Of a stretch of 64,000 nucleotides of DNA, positions 36,398 to 48,754 are shown piece after piece. The notes beneath the pieces were generated by a model. That model searched no databases, was not told where the DNA came from, and worked only from the letters and a program-made list of their open reading frames with translations. The stretch covers positions 42,906,001 to 42,970,000 of the forward strand of contig NC_086108.1 in NCBI RefSeq assembly GCF_963921235.1. The letters are read 5' to 3'. A program made the translations under genes and the position numbers. Each line of letters starts with the position of its first letter. Position 1 is the first letter of the stretch. The stretch is from Mobula hypostoma (taxonomy: Eukaryota).

Positions 36398-39149
36398 AGA
36401 GTGTTAAGTGATTCACTTTGGAAGGTCAAACATGAAGGAAAAAATTCAGGGTTAATGGCAAGATTCCTAATATTGTGGAGAACAGAGGGTTCTTGGGGAT
36501 CACATCCAAAGATCCCTCAAAGTTGCAGCACAATGTTAACAGGGTGGTTAAGATGACATATGGTGTGTTGGTCTTCATTATCAGGGGATTAAGTTCAAGA
36601 GCCGAGAAGCACTCTTACAGCTCTATAAAATCTGGTTAGACCACACTAAGAATCTTGTGCTCAATTCTGATCTTACTACAGGAAGAAAGTGGCAATTTTT
36701 AAAGTGGGTGCAAAGGAGAATTACCAGGATGTTGCCTGAATTAGAGGACATGTCTTATGAGGATAGGTTGTGCAAGCTAAGGCTTTTCTCTTTGGAGAGG
36801 AGGATAAGAGGGGACTTGATAGAGAAGATAAGATGCATAGAGAGGCGCGTGAAATGCACTGCCGGGGTGGTGGCAGAGACAGATACATTGGGGACATTTA
36901 AGAGGTTCTTAGATAGGCACATAGACTTTTTTCAAAATGGTGGGCTATTTGGGAGGGAAGAGTTAGATTGACCTCAGAGTAGGTTAAGGAATGAATGCAC
37001 CGTGGGCCGAGGAACCTGTACTGTTCCATGTTCTATTTTGAAAGTTTGCAAAACAGCTGTCAACATATAATTATATTTCCTTTTCTCCATGAATTTAAAA
37101 ATAAACTCCGTCCTGAGCCTTCTCTGGCAATTAATCAATTCACGGACAAGCATTTCAATTTCTTACTGTAAACCATGTATTTTTCTATCTTTGCCCAAAA
37201 TAAATTCCAATTATGAAGTCTATAAAAACTCCAATTGCCAATGCAACCACAACCGTCTGGCAAGAGATATACAAGATAATGAAAGTAACTGATAAAACAG
37301 TTTGCTCTAGGTCAGGGGTCTCCGAGCTGAGGTCCACACAGACCCCCCCCCCCCAATGGTAAGGCTCCATAAGCATAAGAGAGGTTGGAAACCCTTGTTT
37401 TAGGTGAATAATCTAGATCTAGGTGCAAAGGAAAAGGCGTCAATAATTTAGGTTTGTGGGTAAGGACCTATTCCTGTATATAATAGGCTGTAGAGGCTCT
37501 ATCAACAATGCATGCAATCCTAAGAATTCTAATCAAGAGGAGGAAAATGTATTGGGCAGAAAAGTGAACTCATAGTGCAAGATTAACCACAATCTTGTTC
37601 AAAGGTATAGAAAGTCAGAGGGACAATTTGGCTTACCCGTTTCGTATGCAAGAGAATTCCAGATTTTTAATTCTGTCTTGTGGAGCAAAAACAGGTGTCC
37701 ATTCTCTCACGTACAAAACAGTATTACTGTCCTATTCGAATTGTCTACAGGATGCAGCAAATAGTCTGCCAGATTAATTTACTCAGGGTCTGAGGATGTG
37801 AACTACAGCAGATTTTTGCAATAAAAGTGTGTATCTGCAGAAAAATAAAATTAACATGTAGAAAATTACCTGAAAATAATATAATGTACCAGTCATATAG
37901 CATGGCTATCAATCTGGATTAACAGAGATATTATTAAATCATCTCCACTTTGCCTGGCTAGAGCATTACAAACAATCCAAATCTATTTCGTTAATTACCT
38001 TGGATTTCATATACCATAGCACTGAACTCCATTTGCCATAGCATTATCCAAATACTAATCTTTTGCTTTTAAACTTGTGGCTCTGATCTACACCAAATGA
38101 TCCCTTGAATTTGTCTATCTGTTTACAATTTTAAAAAATGGATTGCAATATTCTGGAACACATTGTTTCCCAAATACTAACTGGACAAAATCATTTTCTG
38201 CTAATGATTTGTAGTGCAGCACTGTATTACATTCCTTCTGGCTACAGAAATAAGTGACATCCAAGATTCTTCTTTCATTAGTCAGAGAAGTTTAGCTAAA
38301 ATTTTTGGTCTGATATGATTCATCTTAAAATTAAACTGCCTCAAACTGTTAGATTTAACTTAAGTACTGTTAAGTGTTGCTGAGCAGAGTAAAGCAGACA
38401 CTCCTTCCTTGGAATTCAGCAACTTGGACCATGATTGAATAATGTATGTTCTCAGGAGTCAGTAAGTCCTGCTAGAACTGAGGTAAATTATTAATAACTG
38501 CTGCTTTATATTACTGTCAACTGCCCCTTCCAATATTTTGCTGGTAGCAGTAGGGTGCTTGCAACTATCTGAATGGGATTCATCCTACTTTTTCCCCCAG
38601 ACGGGATATACCTGAACAATTTCCACTTGGCTGTGTGGATGCCAGTGTCGTAGCTGTGCAGTAACAACCTGGCTTGTCACTTTTGCTAGAGCTGGAGCAG
38701 AAATCTTCAGTGTTACAGCTGGGATGTCATTGACGCCCAACATAACCTTTTCTGCATCCAGTGAGCTAAGCCATAACTTGCTATCATTTGGAAGTGAATT
38801 GAATTAGCTGAAGACTGGATCCTGCAATGTTGGGAACCTCAGGTGGAGGTCAAGATGTATCATCCATTTTGCACTGTAGAGTTCTCAGGTCAAATGTCAA
38901 TTAATGAGGCAATGAAAGAAAAGCTTATCACACTGTCACAGCAACCAATAGAATTTACAAAAAAATTGTTTATGCTCACCAGCCCTGCGTATTTCATCTA
39001 CAAAGAATAACCAAATGAACATCTTTTGCAACCTCAGGACTTTCCAAAAATGCTTCATAAAAACAAAAAGTTTTAAATTTCGTTATACATAGCAAATGGT
39101 GAGGTACAAAAATAGACAAACTGTTTTGGGTGAGAGTTAAATATCATAC

Positions 39150-40350
39150 AGGGCATTGGGAGAATTCAAAAGCTAATGTGGCACCATTGTTAAAGAGGGA
39201 AAGGATAAACACAATAAGCTAGTTAGTTTAACTTTGGTAGCACACAACTTATTGGAAACTTTCTAAGATTAAGCTTAACGTTCATTTAGAAAGGCAGAGA
39301 ATAATCAGGAATGACAACCATGGATTTGTCATGGTAAACCTAATCAAATTCTGAGGAGATAACAGGGAATAAATAGGTGCAGTGCATCTAATAGTCTTTC
39401 GACAGATCATGAGGCAGTTGGTCAAATGAGTAAGAACCGATGTGACGGAAGGGAGAATTTCCATTTGGATCCACAAGTGACCAATGATTTGCAATGAAGA
39501 GTAATGCTGATTTGTTTTCTTCCCTGGGCTGTTAAAGTTGGGATTTCACGGGGTTCAACAGTCAGACACTTTGTTTTATACACTGATATCCAAATGTAGT
39601 AGCATAACAAAGATATTTTCAGATGAGAAAAAAATTGGTCATCTGATTGACAGAGAAGGGGAAAACTTTATAAACTGCAGGAAAATACAGATGGAATAAG
39701 TAAGGAAAATTTAATCCCGTAGAGATGCACTTGAGTATAACAATGCAATTAAGTACACAACTGAAGTTCAGAGGAAAAGGACCTTGGAATACATTCGCAC
39801 AGATTTTTGCAAGGTAGATTGACAGGTGGTTTGAGGAGCAAAATGGATGTTTCCCTTAACTGAAGCAAACAATAAGGCAGTTACACAACACTGGTAAACC
39901 CACATTTGCCTGCTGATCTGGTTGCCACAATACAGAATACATGCACTGGAGATGGTAGAGTAGATTCACCAGGATGCTGCCAGTGATAGAGCATTTCAGT
40001 TACAAGGACAGATTGTTAAGTCTGGATTTGCTTTACCTGGAGCACACTATGTTGATGGGTGACCCCACATGCATACACAAAATTATTGGGGGGGGGGAAA
40101 GAATAGATACATTAGACTAAAAGATTTTTCTCTCCTTGGCAAGAGGTGTCCAAAACCAGAATACTTTGATACAAGATGTGATGTTTAGAAGGAAAGACTG
40201 TTGGGAAGCACTGCTTGAGATGATAATGGAGATCAAACATGTCAACATTTAAACTACCATAAGCAGCTACAGGTAAAATAAAGGTGAAAGGAAATAATAT
40301 AGATAACTACAATGGAAATGGTGGGCCAAAGGGACTGTTTCTGTATTGTA
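39150..40350 (+). mobile_element. Very decayed CR1 LINE
   Basis: Residual colinear RT and 3' motifs (ctaatgtggcacc, caaccatggatttg, agattcaccaggatgctgcc, gggccaaagggactgtttctgt). Confidence 0.6.
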
Positions 40351-42657
40351 CAGATAAGAGTAGTGGGATGCATTCTTAAAAAACCAGGACTACAGACCAT
40401 GTGCTGATTAGGCTTGGAAGCCTTCCACCTCCACCCCAAGCTGCTACAATGATGTAAAGTTTCAACAATTTTAAGGCCATCTGTGAATATGTTAGTTTAA
40501 CAATTCAATGAATTACTGCAGCTGACACTGCAACACAGTACTGAGGGAATGGTGAGGTGTCAGCCTGAAAAAAAATGCTCCAACACTAGATTTCGAATTG
40601 AACCTATGACCCACTCACTGTGTTACCAGTGGCAGGCAATAAGATTACATAGCACGCAAATCAAAAGACTGAAAAAAAAAAGAACTGCCATGAGTTCAAA
40701 ACTAGATCAGAGGGAAAAATGACAGTACCCTTTTCACTGGGGATATTGACCCCGAAAAAAAAGCATTAATTTGGCACACCTGAGAAGACAAATCATTATT
40801 ATGTGTTTCATAAACATGAAGGGGAAGAGTTGGAGCATTAAGAATTTCAGGAGCTGGTGAAAGCTGGTTGGATATCAATAAAAGTGATAAATGCCATTGA
40901 GGGAACTAGAAGCTAAGGATCTTAAAACTGCTTAATTGGGACACCTATTATGCTGGTTCAAAGGAAAAAAACTGTTAGCTATATAGGAGCCAGGAAGGGA
41001 AATTAAATAAAGACAAGAGACTACACTGCAAATACTGGAATATTGAGCATAAAAGCAACCTAGAGGAACACAGCTGTCAGACAGCATCTCTGGAGGGAGA
41101 GGCAGTCAATTTTTCAAGTTAAGACCCTTCAAGTGGAGGGAAATTTAATAACCAGGTGTTGTGGAAGTAGGGTCAAAGAAGATTACAATACATGAACAAG
41201 ATCTGGGCCTAGTTATGAATTTAGAGCTGGGGAGGAAACAGCAAAGAAAAGTAATCAAATCTCATTTTTAAAGCCATTAAAATCTACCAGACGTCCATGG
41301 TCAGAATTCATGGAACCCTGTAAAGGAATCCAATCTATTTTTAAACAGCGTAGAAACCACATACTGAATGTAAATAATCAGAAACTTTTCCAAATTTACC
41401 TCTGCTAGAAGTGGATGCAATACTGTCCCTCAAGTCAGCATTGTAACAGCATAAATTAAAGGAGCAACGCGCAAAGTTAGTTTTTGAAAACTAATGAGAT
41501 TAATTTCCGCAAATTTCAATGTGGATTTTTAAACATCAGCTGCCAGTGAGAGAGCACTAGCCTTGCTGTTTTGGTTATGTCAAAGCATTCCCAGAACAGA
41601 AAAAAAACACTATTACAATAAATTTAATTAAATTTGAAAAATGTAAAGTTTTTTTCAGGCAATTACATAATCAACTTCATTCGGTAATGATGGCATAGCC
41701 AGAATCACAAGAGCCTCAATCAAGTTTGATGAATATAACTGTCACATAATACATTTTATATTCTTTATTTTTGTGGGTGACTTGATTACATTCACTGCAC
41801 ACTTCTGAAGAAACCACTCTTATTAATGGTTGTTGTAACTTCCATTTTCCCCACATGTAATGCATTGTTTGAAAAAATCTTGTCAATAATTTAAAACACT
41901 GCTGCAGCTCAAATATCTCTGGAGATAATGAAAAAAATGATGAAACTGACTCAGCAGCATTATTTTTGTTAGATGTTCATCAGCTAATTGTTTAATCAAC
42001 AGTTTTGTTCATTTAGCTAATATAACTTTTTAATACTAACACAAAGTCACTATACACAGTAACCTAACATTTTTCCACTAACAAACGAAGCCAGGGTAAA
42101 ATCTAAATACCGTTTGCAAGTCATATAAGTCTACCTTGATACTACAAGTCTTGTATTCAAAATGGGAGACTGTCCATAATGAAATCAGGCATGTAACTAC
42201 TTTTTTTTTAATTAGCAGAGAAAATAAATGCAGATATAAACATTACATAGGGTTTTAATTAGGAATGTCAGTAAAAGGACTACAAACACTAGGTTAACTA
42301 CAAAATAATTTAATCCAGAACAAGCATAAGCATTTTTCTTTCCTCTGGCAGGAAAGGCCATCAACAAATCAACTATCCAACTTCGCTACATACAAGAACT
42401 GTTTTCCGAATTATTCAAAAACCTTTTGAAACATTTAAAAAATTACAGTGAACTTTGCCCGTTTCCTGGCGCAAGCGGATATATCACAAAAAAACCCACG
42501 GGAATACTTTATTATTTTATACTTCGGGCCTAGCACAAGACCAGCCAACATGTTTAGGCCCGATGGATGAACCCAACTGATGCAGCCGAGTTTCCAGCTC
42601 AAATATAATCACATCTACTGAGGAGCCAGAGGCCTAAACACCCGGGCGGCCTATTAC

Positions 42658-42894
42658 CTTAAAGTAGATCTCATCCACGACCTCGTGGTAAGTCTTCAGT
42701 TCGTACAGTTGTACTTTGAAGTAGGGCGAAGAAAGGATGTTGGTGAGGATGAGTGGGTTGAGGTTCATAGTCTTTTCGTTGCCCCATAAGGGCAGTACGT
42801 TGCCCTGCTTAATAGAGGAGGCGGGTTTGGCGCTTCCTCCGGCCTGTTGCGGCGGCTGTTGCTGGTGGTTCCCAATGGCCGTTTTGTTAGCCAT
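42658..42894 (-). CDS. PRPF38B: PRPF38B coding exon 1 (79 codons, MANKTAIG...LYELKTYHEVVDEIYFK)
   Basis: Translation matches the recognisable PRP38B N-terminus (KQGNVLPLWGNEKTMNLNPLILTNILSSPYFKVQLYELKTYHEVVDEIYFK). ATG at 42894-42892; donor AAG|GTAATA at 42657, phase 0. Confidence 0.97.
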
Positions 42895-43109
42895 CTCGCT
42901 GTCGCTCACTCCCGCTCACAAGAGAAACGATCTCCACATCAATGCGTACCGCTCTGTGGGTTGCGAGCCTTCAAACTCCTGGATAGCCTTTAAACACACA
43001 TCACTTGTGCCCAGCTGCTATATTAAACAAAAAAAAAACAGAGGAGTGCTTTTCCTTTCAAAAATAAACTATTCCGCACACCTACTCTGCTCTAATTTAT
43101 AGAAAATAC

Positions 43110-43280
43110 ACAAAATGGCGCCCTCCACTTCTTTCCGGTTGACGGAAGTTGGATGACGTCACTTGACGGACAAGGCAGATAGCCAACCGAGAAGGAGATC
43201 AGGTGCGGACTTGGCCAAATAAGCAATGAGAAGAGCGGAGACGGTGAATCGCGCTCATTGGTCTCGTAGCGCGTCTAGAG
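43110..43280 (-). promoter_or_regulatory. PRPF38B core promoter (CpG-rich, TATA-less)
   Basis: CAAAATGGCG YY1-type motif 43111-43120; ETS-type TTCCGG 43133-43138 and CGGAAGT 43143-43149; perfect CRE TGACGTCA 43154-43161; CCAAT (minus) 43257-43261; ~220 nt upstream of the ATG. Confidence 0.8.
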
Positions 43281-44479
43281 ATTAGTTGCTGGTGAAAATA
43301 ATGCTTTTGTATGTTGTTAATGGTCTACAGATTCTTGGTAATACCTTTTTTTATGTTTCTGTTGTTACCTTTTTATCACCTTATGTATAATTCATGGCAG
43401 AAGATCGGCATCCTTTTGTTAAGTAGAGTAGCTACTAAAAAGTTGAGCAGAAAATTTGTAGGTAATATAATGTCAGACATATCGAATGTGAAATAAAATG
43501 TGACTGCTGTATCCGATCGAAATTCGTTCACTTTTGGTTTCACACAAAGCTTATTGGTTGCATATTTGTAGTATTTTCTGAATGTGTCGTTGTGGGGCTT
43601 AGGCAAGTGTTTCTTTCCATAGTAACTTAATTTCTGTTTTTTTAAATTCTAAGATTTGTTCGAACTCTTGGTATTGTGAGATCGGTTATAAGACTTCATA
43701 CCAAGCGATGTAGAATATTCCTTCTGTATTGTTGAGTAGGATTTTTCCTTTATTTTAGACTTTTTCTAGCCTTATCAGTCGTCAGTGTGTTCAATTGTTA
43801 AAGCTGTTAAAATAGAACTAGCACAATTAGCACGAATCTGTTTGTCAGGTGAATTAAGTATAGGTTGTCATATTTGGGGAGAATATCAGGATCGTTAATG
43901 TGCAGTGATGGAATGATACAGAGTCTTGATCTCATCTAAATTAAAACTTTGGTTGTTAATGGTTAAATTGTGTTTTCTGAGGTCAACTGATTTTTAGAAT
44001 TTCTTTGTATTTATCAAAGTATGGGTTTTTTGTTCTATTGTTTCTCAAGTATTACTAAAATATTTTTCTTTGTGATAGTGTTGCTGTTGTTTGTCTATAT
44101 TACAAAAATGTCTATAGTAAACCTCTGATAGTCTGATGGATTTGACGCTGTTTTGGCAAATTTTCTGGATATTGGATGATATTTTGTCATAAAATACACT
44201 TTCAATTTACTTTAAATTTATTACACAGTATTATAATAAATCTAGTAGTCAGTTGAAATGTGGTTAGCATCTGTTACCTTCTGAGTAAATGCTGTGTTGT
44301 CATTTCTGATTAGTTGAGTAATGAATCATCTGAATCTTGCTGTACTTCGCAAGTATGCCAAGCAGTTTGATATACAGTGAACTATAAATGCAAGAATGTG
44401 TATCGAGAAGTGTTAATATGAGACTTTTCATAATAATTGTATTGACTTTCACAGCCCTGTGTACAACAGTATAACTATC

Positions 44480-46320
44480 CAAGTAGGCCTATTGTCTCTA
44501 CCTCTTCCTACTCCTGCCCTGCTGAACTCGTCCCCTCATACCTCAATACCATAGTAACTTGGTTCAGTCCCTTCCCACCTACATCTCCAGCACTTCTCAG
44601 GCTCTCAATCTGCCCAGTAACCTTCAATTCCCTAACCCAGACCACCTCATTTTCACCATGAATGGGTAGTCCCTGTATACTTCTATTCCCCCATCAAGAA
44701 GGCCTCAAAGCTGTCTGCTTATTTCTTAAAAGGGCCAACCAATTCCCCTCCACCACTACCCTCTTCCATGTAGTAGAACTGGTCCTTGCCCTCAACAATT
44801 TTTCCATTGGCTTCTCCCATTTTCTTCAGAATCAAGGGGTAGCCCTGGGCCCCAGCTATGCCTGGCTCTTTGTTGGCTACGTAGAACAGTCCGCATTCGA
44901 AGCCTTCCCCAGGAATACTTAACTCTTCCTCCGCTCAATTGACAAATGCATTGGCGCTGCTACTTGCACCCATGCTGAGCTCGTCAATTTCATCAACTTT
45001 GCCTCTAACTTCCACACTGCCCTTAAATTCACTTAGTTCATTTCTGACACCTCCCTCCCCTTTCTCAATCTGTCTACATTCCTGGAGACAAACTGTCAAC
45101 CGCCATCTTTTATAGACCTACCGATTCCCATGGGTATCTTTACCATACCTCTTCCCACCCAGCATCCTGCAAAAATTATATTCCCTTTTCCCCATTCCTT
45201 CATTGCAGCCACATCTGTTTGCAGGATGTGTTTATCTTTTCCAGGACATCAGAGATGTCTTCCTTCAAAGTATGGGGTTTCCCTTACTCCACTATTGATG
45301 CTGCCCTTACCTGCATCTCCTCCATTTCCTAAACATCTGCATTCACCCCATCTTCCTGCCGCCTTAACAGGGATAGAGTTCCTCTTGTCCTTGCCCACTA
45401 CCACATCAGCCTCTACATGCAACACGTCATCCTCCACAACTTCCTCCATCTCCAAAGGGATCCCACCACTAAACGTATCTTTACATCCCCGTTCACTTTC
45501 TACAATGATCGCTCCCTCTGCAATTCCCTTATCCATTCATTCCCCCCCCCCATCTCCCTCCTCGCCCTTGTCCCTGCAAGCGACCTAAGTGCTACACCTG
45601 CCCATTCACCTCCTCCCTCACCTCCATCCAGGGCCCCAAACAGTCCTTCCAGGTGTGGCAACAATTCGCCTGCAAATCTGCTGGGATAATCTATTGTGTC
45701 TGACACTCCCAATGCGGCCTTATCTTCATCAGTGAGACATGTCATAAATTAGGAGGCGGCTTCATCAACCACCTCCACTCCATCCACCAAGAGCAGAACT
45801 TCCTGGTAGACAAACATTTTAGTTCCCATTCTCATTCTTGATCTGACATGGTCCATGGCTTCGTCTTGTGCCAAGGGGAGGCCACCCGTGGTGGAGGAGC
45901 AACACCTTGTATCTTGTTCTGGTGGCCACCAATCTGATGGCATGAATAGATTTCTCCTTCTGGTTTAAAAAAAAATGCCCCTCCCTGTCCCCTCTTCTAT
46001 TCCCTGCTCTGTCCTTTCACCCCTTCTAATCTGCCTATTACTACTCCCTGTGTCCCCTCCTCTTTCCCTTTCTCTTACGGTCCACTCTCTTCTCCTATCC
46101 TTCTTTTCTAGCCCTTTATCTTTCCCACCCACTTACCTATCACCTTTTCTCTAGCCTCCTTCCCCTTTCTCTTCGCACCCCCCCCCCACTTTTTTATTAT
46201 GGCATCTTGTCCCTTCCTTTTCAGACCTTAAGAAGGGTCTCTGCCCAAAACGTTGACTGTTTATTCATTTCTATGGATGCTGCCTGACCTTCTGAGTTCT
46301 TCCAGCATGTTGTGTGTGTT
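44480..46320 (+). mobile_element. Penelope-like element (RT C-terminal half + GIY-YIG remnant + pLTR), decayed
   Basis: LVLALNNFSIGFSHFLQNQGVALGPSYAWLFVGYVEQ; a later IIYCV..CGLIFISET-like motif at ~45685-45740; degenerate hammerhead core at ~46222-46260. Confidence 0.85.
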
Positions 46321-47097
46321 ACGTAGATGTCTTTTATCCATTATACAGAGCCCTAGTGAGACTACATCTGGAAGATTTTTGTTGGGTCATTATTCTGCAA
46401 ATAAATCGTTCAGTTTTCCACCAACATCGTTTGCTTGTGGTAAATTCAGAAAAGTTGATGACTTTCCAGTAGAGGTTCTTGATGTTATCTCTAAAGATAC
46501 TATCAAGAAGCTAGTTCCGAAGATGACAATTGGGCATAAAAATTTGCTACTACTCTGTATGATATTTGTTTTTAAATGCCCTTGGTAGTTGAAGGATGCA
46601 AATTTGTCAAGCAGCAGTCTCCTTCATTTTCCTTTTCTGAATTTTGCAATACTGAAGTTTTGAAATTTTTAGATTTTTTTAAAACTGTATAACGCAGCAA
46701 CATGTGGGAATGAGAGAAAGTAGTCTTTGGACTGGGAAGTGTAGATGGTGGAAATGACAATAGCTAGTTTGCTCCTTAATTCAGTACCCTTTGTTTCAAA
46801 TGTGAGGTACTATTGTGTGAGTATTCTTGATAGTCTCAAAGGGCTACCTTTTGGAAAAATGTGTATCTACTTTTGTAATCAAATGCTCTTGTAAAGGGCC
46901 AACATATTTTTTGAATGTGTAATAACATGCATACACATGAAGCAAGCCTTCTGTGACTTGTGTAGAAATATGCCCGGGTCATTCTGTGCACTAATAACTT
47001 TCAGTCTCACCATGGTTTCAAAAAAACAGCTCTTAATTTGTTTTCTTGCAAAGTGGTAACATTGCTTTTTTTTCTACATTTGATTTCATCTGTCAAC

Positions 47098-47704
47098 AGA
47101 CATCCCACCTCTCCTGGAAGTTCCGGGAGTCTCCCGCATATTAATAGTGGCTCCCTGTTGCCCGCAAATTATATACAATATCATGGAAATCAATTTTTTT
47201 GAGAGCGAGCAAGTGAGAGGCAGAAAGCAAGAGAGAGCGCGAGAGCTTCCATGAGAGAGAGAGAGAGAAAGCGCAAGAGAGAAAATAAGCAAGTGTGCGA
47301 GAGAGTCCGCGAGCGAGAGAGAGAGCACGAGAGCGACCACGAGCGAGAGCGTGCCATGGCAGAGTGTTCCAAAAAAAGAAAATAGAAAACGTACGTCACC
47401 CCAGACTACCCTAAAGTGTACCCCTGCCTAATAGGGGTCAAAAATAATGACAGTGTTGCTCGCTGCGCTGTTTGCAACAGTGAGTTTTCCATTGCCCATG
47501 GTGGGTTAAAATGTAAAAGACGTTGAGGTGAGTTCAACGGGTGTCATTCGTTCATTAGCATAGCTAACGTTATTTAAACTAGCTGGATAGCTACTAAGGA
47601 GCTACTCTATTGCAGACATCCCACCTCTCCCAGAAGTTCCAGGAGTCTCCAGCAAATTGATGGTGCTACCTCCCTGAAATGAGTTTTTGCAGGGTGGGAT
47701 GTCT
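47098..47704 (+). mobile_element. Non-autonomous hAT-like DNA transposon with a transposase zinc-finger remnant
   Basis: 12-bp TIR AGACATCCCACC (47098-47109) / GGTGGGATGTCT (47693-47704); internal reading MAECSKKRK*KTYVTPDYPKVYPCLIGVKNNDSVARCAVCNSEFSIAHGG from ATG 47356. Confidence 0.7.
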
Positions 47705-48754
47705 TGCATTTTAACTTAGTCTGTATATATTTTCCTCACAAATGACATAGGTATTACCTTTGTTATAAGCTTTAGGCTTGGCTCAGTTATTGAAGAACCA
47801 AATTCAATTAAGCTATTCCAACTGATTAAAAGATGAATATAGAAAAAATTGTTCTCAATAAAAAATGTGATCTGGGCATTTCCATATTTTTCAGTCTTTG
47901 TAACTATTGCTGATGATATTTAGGTAGGAACCAGCAAAATACTGTACCATTTTTGGTTTTTAGGGCATAGTGGCTAATTTCGATGTCTCTAATATAAACT
48001 CAGCAAGACTGACAAATTTGCAGATCAGTTTTGATTCATGAGCTTCTACTGTGTTTGCTTTCCAAAGTCAGGAGAAACAAAATCACATCTATGAAAGTTG
48101 GAACTCGGAGCGATATATATTAGAAAAAGTGCAATCCTTTCAAATACCTGGTTTAAGACCAAGTGCTTGCAGGAGTTTGAGCCAGGTTAATTTCTATGCT
48201 CTGAAACCTGGGCTAGAGATTGGAAAATTCAAGTTGAAATATTATTGTCATTCAACCATACAGTTGTATACAGCTAAATAAAATATTGTTCCTCTGGGCC
48301 ATGGTGCAAAACACAGTGCATATAAACACAGTGTGTATATATATATATATATACACAATCCAACACATACAGTCATAACATAATAGCACAAGTCCTTGCC
48401 GTGGCCTGAAGGTTGATGTACAGTGCAAGATGCTTGTTTATGTAAGGCAATATAATGCTACTGATACTATATAATACGTAAAACAAGCTGTAGTGTAAGT
48501 ATTTGAAGCAGCAGCAATAAAAGATGAGCAGTGACAGATGCTGGATGAGGGTGTCTGTGAGTTGGGAAGTGAGGGACGTTGAGGGACGTGGCAGTATAGC
48601 AGTCAGACAGGATGCATGTGTGCAGTTTTGGGCGGCAGCAGGATGTTAAGAAGTCTAAATAATGATTTGAATACATCCACCATAGTATCCAGGGAAGTTA
48701 AATTTGTTTTATTTTGATATGTAGATATTGTATTGCTACAATAAAGAAAAGCCC

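Larger units (their letters stand above)
35306..37040 (+). mobile_element. CR1 LINE, decayed, interrupted by a Penelope insertion
   Basis: IAAPLAMIFASSL..VPEDWRMTNVIPLFRKG, later VQRRITRMLPELEDMSYEDRL; ctgttccatgttctat tail. Confidence 0.85.

Noticed and set aside
21963..42657. Intronic snoRNAs in PRPF38B
   Set aside because: No convincing paired C/D or H/ACA boxes with terminal stems found by eye; an Infernal/Rfam scan would be needed to exclude them.
42895..42909. ORF-track N-terminal extension MSDSE of PRPF38B
   Set aside because: It starts at GTG; the ATG at 42894 (GAGATGG context) matches the MAN- start of orthologues.
42737..43102. 121-aa + strand ORF over exon 1
   Set aside because: Antisense shadow of GC-rich coding sequence with a non-ATG start and no recognisable domain.
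46253..46588. 111-aa ORF as a possible HENMT1 exon
   Set aside because: It begins in a Penelope pLTR, includes CR1-derived sequence and has no methyltransferase motifs.
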